Positions 1 through 9,122 of a stretch of 52,465 bases of DNA are shown here, piece after piece. Source of the stretch: Anaerolineales bacterium (GTDB lineage: Bacteria; Chloroflexota; Anaerolineae; Anaerolineales; Villigracilaceae). Each line of letters opens with the position of its first letter. Position 1 is the stretch's first letter. Position numbers and translations under genes: made by a program. The notes below the pieces were generated by a model. The model was not told where the DNA came from, made no database searches, and saw nothing but the letters and a program-made list of their open reading frames with translations. The stretch covers positions 1-52,465 of the forward strand of contig DATKED010000297.1 of the NCBI GenBank assembly GCA_035512375.1, read 5' to 3'.

Positions 1-707
1 GCAAAGACGCGTCCGATCGCGGTGACACCGCGGTAGTCATCGTAACCAAGCATGGTGACAAGGAGCTGTAACGGCGCTTCAGCGTCTACTTTTGGGGCGG
101 GGATGTTCCGTAGGATGACATCAAATAGAACCGTGAGATCAGAGTCAAGATCCGGAGAAAGTCCGGCGCGTCCTGTGGTTGCCTGGGCATAGACAATGGG
201 AAAATCCGCTTGTTCTTCTGATGCGCCCAGTTCGATGAACAAGTCAAACGTTTCGTTGAGGACGCGCGCAGGTTCAGCATCCTTGCGGTCAACTTTATTG
301 ATCACGACAACAGCCTTATGTCCCATTTGAAGCGCCTTCTTTAACACAAAGCGCGTTTGCGGCATGGGACCCTCAGCCGCATCCACCAGGAGCAAGACAC
401 CATCCACCATGTTCATCACGCGTTCCACTTCACCGCCAAAATCGGCGTGGCCCGGTGTATCAACAATGTTGATCTTGACAGGCTGATCCGTCTTGGGGTC
501 AACCAGGGTAATGGCGGTATTCTTGGCAAGGATCGTAATCCCGCGTTCGCGCTCGAGGTCGTTGGAATCCATCACACGTTCGGCAACCTGCTGGTTTTCG
601 CGGAAGGTGTGCGACTGGCGCAGGAGACCGTCCACCAGGGTGGTCTTGCCGTGGTCGACGTGCGCGATGATGGCGATATTTCTTAAGTCAGTTCGTTCAA
701 TTAACAT
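1..707 (-). CDS. typA: Translational GTPase TypA/BipA, N-terminal part (runs off the window start)
   Basis: Manual minus-strand translation from ATG 707: [32 protein letters not shown]...[22 protein letters not shown]...[18 protein letters not shown]. Confidence 0.96.
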   Translation of the reverse strand, partial: MLIERTDLRNIAIIAHVDHGKTTLVDGLLRQSHTFRENQQVAERVMDSNDLERERGITILAKNTAITLVDPKTDQPVKINIVDTPGHADFGGEVERVMNMVDGVLLLVDAAEGPMPQTRFVLKKALQMGHKAVVVINKVDRKDAEPARVLNETFDLFIELGASEEQADFPIVYAQATTGRAGLSPDLDSDLTVLFDVILRNIPAPKVDAEAPLQLLVTMLGYDDYRGVTAIGRVF

Positions 708-727
708 TCATTCACCTACTGTTATCC

Positions 728-826
728 GTCCTTGCGAGCCCGAAGGGCGTGGCAATCTCATACTAGGGAGTTTCAATATTTTTCCTGAGATTGCTTCGTC
801 GTCGCTTCGCTCCTCCTCGCAATGAC
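728..826. repeat. Palindromic miniature element (GTCATTGCGAG...GCAATCTC type)
   Basis: Outer IR GTCCTTGCGAG/CTCGCAATGAC and inner IR GCAATCTCA/TGAGATTGC; translates as [14 protein letters not shown]. Confidence 0.8.
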
Positions 827-843
827 ATGTCATTATTACACAC

Positions 844-876
844 AAAAACCCCCGGCGGGGAAAGCCGAGGGTTTTT
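844..876. terminator. Intrinsic terminator, possibly bidirectional
   Basis: AAAAACCCCCGGC-GGGGAAA-GCCGAGGGTTTTT hairpin downstream of the TIR gene. Confidence 0.75.
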
Positions 877-943
877 GAACAAAAACAAAGCGTTCGGCGT
901 GCGGATGGTATTTTATCAGATGGATGAGGTTTGAGGAAGGGCG

Positions 944-2704
944 TTATTCGGAAGCGTCCATGGCACAACGGAAGCCAATGAAATTGAGGGCAGTTGCACC
1001 ATCCGGAACATGGCGACTAGCAACACGCAGAAATTCCTCAAAATAGCTCCATAAACTGTCACTCCCTCCACCGCGCAAGACTCGAGGAGGCGTCTGAAAG
1101 CCCGGGTTCCAGGGGTTTGCTTCGGCCGGCCCGAGAGGATTTTGCGATGGTGAGTTTTGATAATAGGTTGGGTTGTACCAATCCGCAACCCATTCCATTA
1201 CATTACCAGCCATATCATACAGGCCGTAAGCATTCTGACTAAAACTTCCCACTGGCACAGTCCCGCCACGGCATTGCCCATATTGTGCGCCATTATCCGC
1301 TCCCAGATCACAACTCGGGCGTTCATCACCCCATGGATATGCCCTTCCATCCAATCCGCCTCGCGCTGCCTTTTCCCACTCCGCCTCGGTAAGCAGGCGG
1401 CGGTTCGCCCATTCGCAGTAGGCTTGAGCCCCTTCCCATGACACACTCGCCACCGGATGATTCCCATACTCAGATTCAACCTGCCAGATTCCAGACACAT
1501 TTTGAATAGGACCGTCCTCGTCTAGCACCGCAACTCCAGACCAGATTTCATTACCGAGATTCTGGTTTTCTTCCGCGTTCAAGAAAAGAACGAATTGCTC
1601 GTTGGTTACTTCAGTCTGATCAATCCAGAAGACATCGAGATGCACTGTGTGAATCGGTTTTTCATCATCTTCGCCATCTTCACTTCCCATCGTAAATTCT
1701 CCTGCTGGCACGTAGAGTAGGGTCATGCCATCTTTCGGGGATATCATGGTGCTCCCGATGCCCAATGTGGGTACAGGTGTGGGCGCAACGGTTGGGGTAT
1801 TCGTCGGGACGCTTTGGGTTCTGGTTGGCGAAACTGATGTAACAGTCAAGGTTGGCAAGGATTGGGTAAATGTGGGTGTGGTAGTCTGATTTGCACTTGA
1901 GTTCCGAATCAAGGAGTTGACGCCAAATATCCCTAGCGCGGCGACCAGCAAGATGCTCAAACCGATTCCATAAGGGCGGAGGTTATATTGCCTGACCCAC
2001 TCTTTGATTCTTCCGCCAACAGCCATTCCTTCTTGTGAAATGTTTTGCGATCTCGCCGCTTCGGTACCAGGCCCCGCTTGACCTCCCTCCCCCCCAGCCC
2101 CACTGCCGCGGGGATAAGGGGATTTCGCGGGCTTTTCTTCGGCAGGCTTGACGAGTTCTTTGATGTCTTCCTTTTGTTGCACGAGCGCCTTGTCCGCGGC
2201 GACCTGTTCCTCTTTGACCACCTTCCGTACTTCCGTTGAGACCGGATGTATCACTGCATCCAACGGAACATTTAAGTATCTATTGCTCAGTCTCTCCATG
2301 GCTTCCATGAAATAACCGTATGGAATATCCAATCCGTTGTAACGATTTATTGCCCCGAGTTTCCCGGTCAATTTCTCGGCAATGGACGGCACACCAAAAT
2401 TAAAGCCGTCAAAGAACAATGGGATAATGTTGCGCTTTTCGTCTACGGCTATTTCAATCTCGCGCCGAAGCCAATCTCCCGGCTCATTGCAACGATCTAG
2501 TGCGGTTGGAGTGAGGATCAAAACAAAGTGGGCACGCGCTTTGATGTTACTGACGATCACCTGCTCAAAATCCCCGCTGGAAAGGCTGGAGAAATCGAAG
2601 AACACGTTATATTTCTGGCTAGTCAGATATTGATAGACTGCCAATGCCCACGAAATATCCTTGCGACGGTAACTGATAAATATGGTTTTTTCAATGCGTG
2701 CCAT
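944..2704 (-). CDS. TIR domain - TM - Pro/Thr linker - FGE-sulfatase (CLec-fold) protein
   Basis: N-terminal IFISYRRKD...WLRREIEIA (TIR), hydrophobic GIGLSILLVAALGIFGV, then PAGEFTMGS, RLLTEAEWEKAARG, NAYGLYDMAGNVMEWVADWY, RVLRGG, GFRC. Confidence 0.9.
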   Translation of the reverse strand: MARIEKTIFISYRRKDISWALAVYQYLTSQKYNVFFDFSSLSSGDFEQVIVSNIKARAHFVLILTPTALDRCNEPGDWLRREIEIAVDEKRNIIPLFFDGFNFGVPSIAEKLTGKLGAINRYNGLDIPYGYFMEAMERLSNRYLNVPLDAVIHPVSTEVRKVVKEEQVAADKALVQQKEDIKELVKPAEEKPAKSPYPRGSGAGGEGGQAGPGTEAARSQNISQEGMAVGGRIKEWVRQYNLRPYGIGLSILLVAALGIFGVNSLIRNSSANQTTTPTFTQSLPTLTVTSVSPTRTQSVPTNTPTVAPTPVPTLGIGSTMISPKDGMTLLYVPAGEFTMGSEDGEDDEKPIHTVHLDVFWIDQTEVTNEQFVLFLNAEENQNLGNEIWSGVAVLDEDGPIQNVSGIWQVESEYGNHPVASVSWEGAQAYCEWANRRLLTEAEWEKAARGGLDGRAYPWGDERPSCDLGADNGAQYGQCRGGTVPVGSFSQNAYGLYDMAGNVMEWVADWYNPTYYQNSPSQNPLGPAEANPWNPGFQTPPRVLRGGGSDSLWSYFEEFLRVASRHVPDGATALNFIGFRCAMDASE

Positions 2705-2744
2705 AAGTAACTCTCAGGATGAGCGAATTATACTCAAGAACCTG

Positions 2745-2753
2745 TGTTATAAT
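2745..2753 (+). promoter_or_regulatory. Extended -10 promoter for the uORF/ABC-F leader
   Basis: TGTTATAAT (TGn-TATAAT). Confidence 0.6.
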
Positions 2754-2762
2754 GCCGCCATT

Positions 2763-2867
2763 ATGCGATACGAACGATCGGACCCAAAGGTTTTCCTGTG
2801 CATTGGCGTACGTGGCTTTGATTATGAGGGTTTCCTGTTCACGCGCCTGTTGCCCGAAGATAAGTAA
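2763..2867 (+). CDS. Putative 34-aa leader peptide (uORF) of the ABC-F gene
   Basis: ATG 9 nt after the -10 box; MRYERSDPKVFLCIGVRGFDYEGFLFTRLLPEDK; stops 19 nt before a terminator hairpin. Confidence 0.45.
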   Translation: MRYERSDPKVFLCIGVRGFDYEGFLFTRLLPEDK

Positions 2868-2886
2868 GCTTTTCTTATGCTTTCCC

Positions 2887-2915
2887 ACGCCGCAGGCTCC
2901 ACCTGCGGCGTTTTT
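2887..2915 (+). terminator. Leader terminator/attenuator upstream of ABC-F
   Basis: Perfect 10-bp stem ACGCCGCAGG-CTCCA-CCTGCGGCGT followed by a T run, 26 nt before the ABC-F start. Confidence 0.75.
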
Positions 2916-2941
2916 GTTTAAGTTGTATTATTGGAGTACAC

Positions 2942-4657
2942 ATGATCTCGATCACAGTTTCAAATGCAACGCTCATTCTCGGCTCACATACTATTTTCCG
3001 CGACTTAAACTGGGAAGTTCAACATGACCAGAAGATCGGTCTCATTGGCTTGAATGGATCCGGAAAGTCTTCGCTCTTCAAGTTGATCACCGGGGAACAT
3101 TTGCCTGAAAAAGGCGGAGCCGTGATCAAAGCCAAGGGCGTCACGGTCGGCTACCTGCCACAACACCCGGAATTCGAGCCTGAAAAGATAGCCTTGGCGC
3201 TTGCGCTGGAAGGCAATCCCCGCATCGCTGAAATTGAAACGGAGTTACAGCGTGTCGAAAGCCAGCTCGGTGACCCGCCGGTGTACAACAACGCCAAGTC
3301 GCTGGAGCGCGCGCTCGATGCACAGCACAAATTGCTGGAAGAATATGAATCGCTCGGCGGGATGAACTACGCTTCCCGCGTGCGTGAGCTCCTGCGCGGG
3401 CTTGGATTGCCCGAAACCGACTTCGAGAAACCCATCCGTGCATTGAGCGGGGGGCAGAAAAAGCTCATCGGTCTGGCGCGGCTGATGCTGGCGCGTCCAT
3501 CCGTGTTATTGCTGGATGAACCGGATAATCATTTGGATATGCCCGGCAAAGCATATCTTGAAAAATTGATCATCCAGTACCCGGGCGCGGTCGTGATCAT
3601 CTCGCATGACCGTTATATCCTGGATGCAATTGCCACACATATCGCCGAGATCGAAGATGGCAAGATTACCACATTCAGTGGAAACTATACCGAATACATT
3701 ATTGATAAGGATGAACGCCTGGCGCGACAGGAAGAGTTATATCAAATCCAGCAGCGTGAGATCGGTCGGCTCGAAATGGCGTTGAAGCGCTATAAACAAT
3801 GGGTGGTTTTCAATGATAAGTTTGCGACACGCATCCATAATATGGAAGCGCGTATCGAAAGGGTTGAAAAAATCGAACGTCCCATTCTTGACCGGCGCAA
3901 AATGGATCTGGCTTTGAACGGCTGGCGCGGGTCAAACCAGGTGCTGGAGTTAGTGGAGGTCAGCAAATCATTTTTGCCCCACCCCGCTTCGTCCGCTCTG
4001 GTTTCGACACTTGCGTCTCCACCAGAGCCAACCAAAGTGCAAGACAGAGTCATACTCAACGAAATCAACTTTCTCATCCGGCATGGTGAGCGCGTAGGGT
4101 TGATCGGTGCGAACGGTGCGGGAAAGTCCGTGTTATTGCGCTTGATCCTGGGAAGGGAACAGCCTACCAGTGGAGAGATCAAGATCGGACCGAGCGTGAA
4201 AGTGGGTTACTATGCGCAAGAACACGATACGCTGGATTTCAACCAGACTCTGATCGATGCAGTGCGGCTTTCAGGGAATATGAGTGAATCCAATGCCGTT
4301 TCGTTCCTCATCCGCTACCTGTTCATGTACCAGCAGTCGACCCAGCGAATTGGGTCGCTCTCAGGCGGCGAGCGGAGTCGGCTCCAGCTGGCGTTACTCG
4401 TCCTCTCAGGAGCCAATTTTTTGCTGCTCGATGAGCCGACCAATAACCTGGACATCGCCTCGGCGGAAGTGCTGGAGAACGCGTTGAACGACTTCAACGG
4501 GACGGTCCTGGTCATTTCTCATGATCGATATTTCCTTGATCGAACGGTCGATCGTATCTTTGCACTGGAAAATGGGAAGATCACAGAATTTATCGGCGGA
4601 TATAGCGATTATGCGGCGAAGGCTGGAATCCACGCCAATGGACAGGGAACAGGCTGA
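2942..4657 (+). CDS. ABC-F family ribosome-associated ATPase
   Basis: Two ABC domains (GLNGSGKS/LSGGQ/LLLDEPDNHLD and GANGAGKS/LSGGE/LLLDEPTNNLD), no TM segments, GNY linker; GGAG SD. Confidence 0.95.
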   Translation: MISITVSNATLILGSHTIFRDLNWEVQHDQKIGLIGLNGSGKSSLFKLITGEHLPEKGGAVIKAKGVTVGYLPQHPEFEPEKIALALALEGNPRIAEIETELQRVESQLGDPPVYNNAKSLERALDAQHKLLEEYESLGGMNYASRVRELLRGLGLPETDFEKPIRALSGGQKKLIGLARLMLARPSVLLLDEPDNHLDMPGKAYLEKLIIQYPGAVVIISHDRYILDAIATHIAEIEDGKITTFSGNYTEYIIDKDERLARQEELYQIQQREIGRLEMALKRYKQWVVFNDKFATRIHNMEARIERVEKIERPILDRRKMDLALNGWRGSNQVLELVEVSKSFLPHPASSALVSTLASPPEPTKVQDRVILNEINFLIRHGERVGLIGANGAGKSVLLRLILGREQPTSGEIKIGPSVKVGYYAQEHDTLDFNQTLIDAVRLSGNMSESNAVSFLIRYLFMYQQSTQRIGSLSGGERSRLQLALLVLSGANFLLLDEPTNNLDIASAEVLENALNDFNGTVLVISHDRYFLDRTVDRIFALENGKITEFIGGYSDYAAKAGIHANGQGTG

Positions 4658-4757
4658 GACTTGGAAAGAACCGTAACCGTGACTGGGCAGACTGCATCGC
4701 TGTAGCGCCGCGGCGGCATCCTTTTGCAGGATTCCTCGATCCGGGCATCTGAAAGCA

Positions 4758-4790
4758 GGCTTCCGAAGTCCATGGCGCAGATGGTATAAT
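4758..4790 (+). promoter_or_regulatory. Promoter with 16-bp motif GGCTTCCGAAGTCCAT and extended -10
   Basis: Motif + 7 nt + ATGGTATAAT; same motif and spacing at 15345-15377. Confidence 0.65.
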
Positions 4791-4800
4791 TCCCGCCCGT

Positions 4801-5970
4801 ATGCTCCAAGAACCCTCAACTCAAAAATCACAGATCTGCCCTACGTGCGGAACGCGCCTGAGCGACAATGCCACTCGCTGCCTGGTGTGTGGCACGGAAC
4901 TCACAGCAAAAGCCGCGACAAAATCGAAAAAAGCGGAGACGGGCATGCAAGCCAGCCGCATGCCCGAAATCACGTTGAGCCTGCCGGCTGCACTCGGCGC
5001 GCTGACGTTGATCCTATTGATCGGCGCGGCTGCCGTGTATTTCAGCCTGCGAACAGGCATTACCGGGACAACACTTACCGAACCAACGGTGGAAGGAACT
5101 GTGACCGAGACCGCGACGATTACACCGACTGCCACTGAAACGTTGCCTCCCACCGGCATTCCCACAGAGACGCCTCTGCCTCCGTTTGATTACACCGTGC
5201 GCGAGGGTGATACTTGCGGAGTTATCGCTGCCAACTTCAGCATATCTGTACAGAGTATTGTCGTTCAAAATCAGTTGTCGTCCGAGTGTTTTGTATCCGT
5301 TGGGCAAGCTCTTCAGATCCCTTACCCGACCTCTACTCCTGCACCACCGCCAACGGATGTTCCCAATGAAGCCACACAAACGGCACAAGCCTGTGAGAAG
5401 ATCTCATACACCGTCCAGGAAAATGACACGCTTTCCAGCATTTCCTTCAACTATAACGTGCCACAGGACGCGATCAAGTTCTATAACGGGCTTTCGACCG
5501 ATGCAGTTTTCCTTGGACAGCCCTTGATCATTCCGTTATGTGAGCGTTTCGCCACGCCCGGACCAACCTCCACTGCGACACTTCCGCCTCCCTACCAGGC
5601 GCCGAGTTTGCTGCTGCCGGCAGACGGTGCAGCCTTCACGCTGGCAAACGATGTCGTGACGCTGCAATGGGCTTCCATCGGTACACTGCATGAAAATGAA
5701 GCCTATCAGGTAACCATTGAGGATGTGACCTCTGGTCAGGCACGTCCCCTCACCGAGTATGTCACAGATACGAAATTCATCGTGCCGACCTCCTTCCGCC
5801 CCAACGACAATCTGGCTCATGTCATCCGCTGGTGGGTTACAACGGTACGCCAAAACGGCGTGGATGAACAGGGACAGCCAATCTATGACTCGGCAGGCGC
5901 CATCAGCGAAAAGCGTGTCTTCTCATGGGTGGGAGTTACCGTCGAAACCGCAAATACGCCCAGCCCATAA
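4801..5970 (+). CDS. Zinc-ribbon / TM / double LysM protein
   Basis: CPTC..CLVC, TM helix, two LysM repeats (YTVREGDTCGVIA; YTVQENDTLSSIS), Pro/Thr linkers. Confidence 0.88.
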   Translation: MLQEPSTQKSQICPTCGTRLSDNATRCLVCGTELTAKAATKSKKAETGMQASRMPEITLSLPAALGALTLILLIGAAAVYFSLRTGITGTTLTEPTVEGTVTETATITPTATETLPPTGIPTETPLPPFDYTVREGDTCGVIAANFSISVQSIVVQNQLSSECFVSVGQALQIPYPTSTPAPPPTDVPNEATQTAQACEKISYTVQENDTLSSISFNYNVPQDAIKFYNGLSTDAVFLGQPLIIPLCERFATPGPTSTATLPPPYQAPSLLLPADGAAFTLANDVVTLQWASIGTLHENEAYQVTIEDVTSGQARPLTEYVTDTKFIVPTSFRPNDNLAHVIRWWVTTVRQNGVDEQGQPIYDSAGAISEKRVFSWVGVTVETANTPSP

Positions 5971-5991
5971 ATCGAATCGATCAATCCAACC

Positions 5992-6027
5992 ACTCCCTGT
6001 CAACAAACGGCAGGGAGTATTTATTTT
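5992..6027 (+). terminator. Intrinsic terminator
   Basis: ACTCCCTGTC...GGCAGGGAGT followed by ATTTATTTT. Confidence 0.65.
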
Positions 6028-6031
6028 CCTC

Positions 6032-6086
6032 TTGACAAAATCCCAAAACTAATTAAAATATGCACATTATTCGATAAATTGAATAA
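6032..6086 (+). promoter_or_regulatory. Sigma70 promoter and probable ArsR operator
   Basis: TTGACA-16nt-TAAAAT, then imperfect palindrome TTATTCGATAAATTGAATAA (6067-6086). Confidence 0.65.
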
Positions 6087-6106
6087 TCCAATAATTGGAG
6101 AAAAAA

Positions 6107-7225
6107 ATGGCACCCTTTGTTCTAGACCTTGAAAAAACCAAGATCGAACGTTCTCTTGTCAGAATTGAACCTGCATTCAATGCATTTGGAAGTATGTTGT
6201 TGATTTCCAAGGCAGAGGATGAACCCGGCATCCACGAGTGGGTCACCAAGACCCGCTTGCAGATGTCCAGCGAAGAGCGTTTTCGGCATAAGTTGGTGAC
6301 GATCGGATTCCACTATTCAATCATGCCCCAGGCACCGGGCATGATGTTCGAGGCATATCTGGCTGATCTTGAATCCACTCCTCCATCGGAATTTCGGGAT
6401 CGCCTGCTGAAAGCGTATGCAGAAATCTGCGTGACAGAGGAAGCGCAAAAAAATAAAGACCTGTCCGTTAATTGGGATGAAGTGCTGTCTTCTTCCAAAA
6501 ATTACATCGAGTTTCTCAGATATCGTTTTGGGGATGAAGCAACGGATGAAGAAGTGGAAACACGTGCCCATGCGTACGTGATCGACCCTGCCGCACTAAA
6601 ACAACTGGTGACAGGTCATATCCGCTGGTTCTGGAAGAATTATCTGGAAGCTGAATGGAACCGCGTGCGCCCCATGCTGGAAGAATCTGCCAGGGCATTT
6701 AATCAAATTGACTATAGTGACATGACGCGCATGGAGATGATTGAGTTTGTGACCGGTAAAGAGGTCAGTTCTGAAGCAAAATGGGAGACGAAATGGGGAA
6801 AAGAGGTCCAGAACACAAAGGAAATCATTTTCATCCCCAACGCTCACATCGGTCCGTATATGCGCGCGGACAAGATCCAGGGCACTTTTTATATTTACTT
6901 TGGCGCACATTTACCGGAAGGCTCGGAGATACGCGTCCCTGAACTGGATCGGGCAGAGATCGTTTCCAGGATTTCGGCGTTGGCAGATGATACCCGCCTG
7001 CAAATCCTGCAATTGATCGCTGACAATGGTGAAATGCGCTCACAGGAGATCATGGAGGTGGTCAACTTGAGCCAACCCAGTGTGTCGCGTTACCTTTCAC
7101 AACTTACCGCCGCTGGATTCCTGCAGGAAAGGAGAGCAAACGGAGCAAAGGCTTACATTCTCAATAGAGATCGAATCGAGAAGACACTCAAGGCTGTCAG
7201 CGCCTTTTTACTGGACCGTTCTTAA
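6107..7225 (+). CDS. ArsR/SmtB-family regulator with long N-terminal domain and C-terminal wHTH
   Basis: ALADDTRLQILQLI...LSQPSVSRYLSQLTAAG; ATG 6107 follows GGAG. Confidence 0.85.
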   Translation: MAPFVLDLEKTKIERSLVRIEPAFNAFGSMLLISKAEDEPGIHEWVTKTRLQMSSEERFRHKLVTIGFHYSIMPQAPGMMFEAYLADLESTPPSEFRDRLLKAYAEICVTEEAQKNKDLSVNWDEVLSSSKNYIEFLRYRFGDEATDEEVETRAHAYVIDPAALKQLVTGHIRWFWKNYLEAEWNRVRPMLEESARAFNQIDYSDMTRMEMIEFVTGKEVSSEAKWETKWGKEVQNTKEIIFIPNAHIGPYMRADKIQGTFYIYFGAHLPEGSEIRVPELDRAEIVSRISALADDTRLQILQLIADNGEMRSQEIMEVVNLSQPSVSRYLSQLTAAGFLQERRANGAKAYILNRDRIEKTLKAVSAFLLDRS

Positions 7226-7248
7226 GTAGTTTCGCCGAAGGAGTACCA

Positions 7249-7491
7249 ATGAATAACTGGACTAATGAGTATATGGCGGAATATCACCGTCAGGATATTT
7301 TGGATGAGGTGGCACAAATCCGTTTGGAAAAGCTCGCAGTCAGATCCCGCGTATATCGCCCAGGCTGGTTCGAGCGCAGCATATTCAACTTCGCAAACTG
7401 GATGATCGCAACCGGTAAACAGCTTCGCAAGCGCTACGAAGTTCCCACTGTAGATTGCGGCAAGGCTCCTACTGGAAGTTTCGTACATTAA
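7249..7491 (+). CDS. Small hypothetical protein
   Basis: 80-aa ORF with strong AAGGAG SD directly after the ArsR gene. Confidence 0.65.
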   Translation: MNNWTNEYMAEYHRQDILDEVAQIRLEKLAVRSRVYRPGWFERSIFNFANWMIATGKQLRKRYEVPTVDCGKAPTGSFVH

Positions 7492-7696
7492 TTTTGGCTG
7501 GCACCTTTTCAGGTTACAGGTGCTGTACGTGTGCGCTAGATTGAAAAGCCTGTCCACTTGACCACACTATCCGTTCGGATAGTGTAAAACTCTCCCATCG
7601 TCGGGGGAGTTTTATGAAGTGATCTTTTATAGTTACACAAGAAAACCAGGACACCGAATCTCAACACACTGGTTCGTTTACTTGATTTGGAGAAGA

Positions 7697-8941
7697 ATGA
7701 ACAATTTGCTGACAAGGGCAAGAAAAACTTATAACGAATACCCGCGCGCATTCTGGATCTACAACGTCATCGTATTCATTGACCGCCTGGGTGGGTTCAT
7801 GCTCTATCCGTTCTTCGCGTTGTACCTCACCCAAAAATTTGACATTGGCATGTCCACGGTGGGCATCCTCTTTGGGATCTTCTCCGTCTCAGGCATGGTC
7901 GGGAGCGCCCTCGGTGGTGCCATCGCAGATCGCATGGGACGCAAAGTTGTGATCATCTTCAGCCTGATCCTCTCTTCGCTCAGCGCGCTGGGGATGGGCT
8001 TTGCGCCAACACTGGGAATATTTATCGCGGTTGTCACCCTTGTCGGCACACTTTCCAGCATTGGTCATCCTGCTCACGAAGCAGTGGTCGCAGACCTTTT
8101 GCCACCAGATAAACGTGCCGAAGGCTATGGCATCATACGCGTGGTCTTCAATGTGGCAGTCATCATTGCACCCCCGATTGCCGGTTTGTTGATCGCCAAC
8201 TCCTATCTCACACTATTCATCGTGGACGCGGTCATCAGTTTGATCAGCGCCGCGATCGTCCTCTTCGCATTACCTGAGACGAAACCAAAGGCACTTGCAC
8301 ACGCCAAACCCGAAACGATGAGGCAGACCTTCGCAGGTTATGGGCGAGTCTTCAAAGATACGCCGTTCCTGGCATTCATCGGCGTGACTGTAATGATGAC
8401 CCTTGTGTATATGAATATGAATTCAACGCTCGGTGTCTTCCTGCGCGATCAGCACGGATTGCCTGAAGTGAGATACGCCCTGCTCCTCAGCATCAACGCA
8501 GTCATCGTCGTCCTGTTCCAGTTTTGGGTGACGCGTCGCCTGGAGAAATACAAACCCATGTTGATGATGGCCGCAGGTTCGTTGCTCTACGCGATCGGTT
8601 TTGCGATGTACGGGTTCGTGCCAACCTTTGTGCTCTTTATAACCGCCATGATCATCATCACCATCGGTGAAATGGTCGTCTCACCCTTCCAGCAATCTCT
8701 CGTGGCAAGCTTCGCACCCGAAGATATGCGCGGGCGCTATATGGCAGTTTCCGGCCTCTCATGGAGCATTTCATTTACCATTGGTCCATATTTCGCTGGT
8801 GTGCTTCTTGACAGCGCAAACCCAAACTTGCTCTGGGCATTTTGCGGACTCGTGGGAATGCTTGCAACAGTAGGCTTTATCGTCCTCAACAAGGTGCATC
8901 ACTCCACGGCTCCAGCCATCGAGCCAGCGGCAGCAGATTAG
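7697..8941 (+). CDS. MFS transporter (MdtH-like efflux)
   Basis: Motif A GGAIADRMGRK, PEDMRGRY, about 12 TM; ATG after GGAG. Confidence 0.9.
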   Translation: MNNLLTRARKTYNEYPRAFWIYNVIVFIDRLGGFMLYPFFALYLTQKFDIGMSTVGILFGIFSVSGMVGSALGGAIADRMGRKVVIIFSLILSSLSALGMGFAPTLGIFIAVVTLVGTLSSIGHPAHEAVVADLLPPDKRAEGYGIIRVVFNVAVIIAPPIAGLLIANSYLTLFIVDAVISLISAAIVLFALPETKPKALAHAKPETMRQTFAGYGRVFKDTPFLAFIGVTVMMTLVYMNMNSTLGVFLRDQHGLPEVRYALLLSINAVIVVLFQFWVTRRLEKYKPMLMMAAGSLLYAIGFAMYGFVPTFVLFITAMIIITIGEMVVSPFQQSLVASFAPEDMRGRYMAVSGLSWSISFTIGPYFAGVLLDSANPNLLWAFCGLVGMLATVGFIVLNKVHHSTAPAIEPAAAD

Positions 8942-8968
8942 ATTAAGCGGGAGTTCTCTCCTCACTCA

Positions 8969-9005
8969 TGGGACAGGTCATACGCAGGCCTGTCCCAACA
9001 TTTTT
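8969..9005 (+). terminator. Intrinsic terminator
   Basis: TGGGACAGGTC...GGCCTGTCCCA then a T run. Confidence 0.6.
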
Positions 9006-9122
9006 AAACGCTTATCCGTTCCTTCATCTTCACTCTGGACAAGCCCGATCATTGATTCTGTCTCGACAAGCCTCCTCTCTCCTTGTACAATCAACAACCA
9101 CAAAGAAGAACCTGGAGAAGTT

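Noticed and set aside
708-968. 86-aa ORF upstream of typA
   Set aside because: It is a translation through a terminator and a palindromic element, not a credible gene.
944-1090. FGE C-terminus as a DGR variable region
   Set aside because: No template repeat or reverse transcriptase in the window; a remote DGR cannot be excluded.
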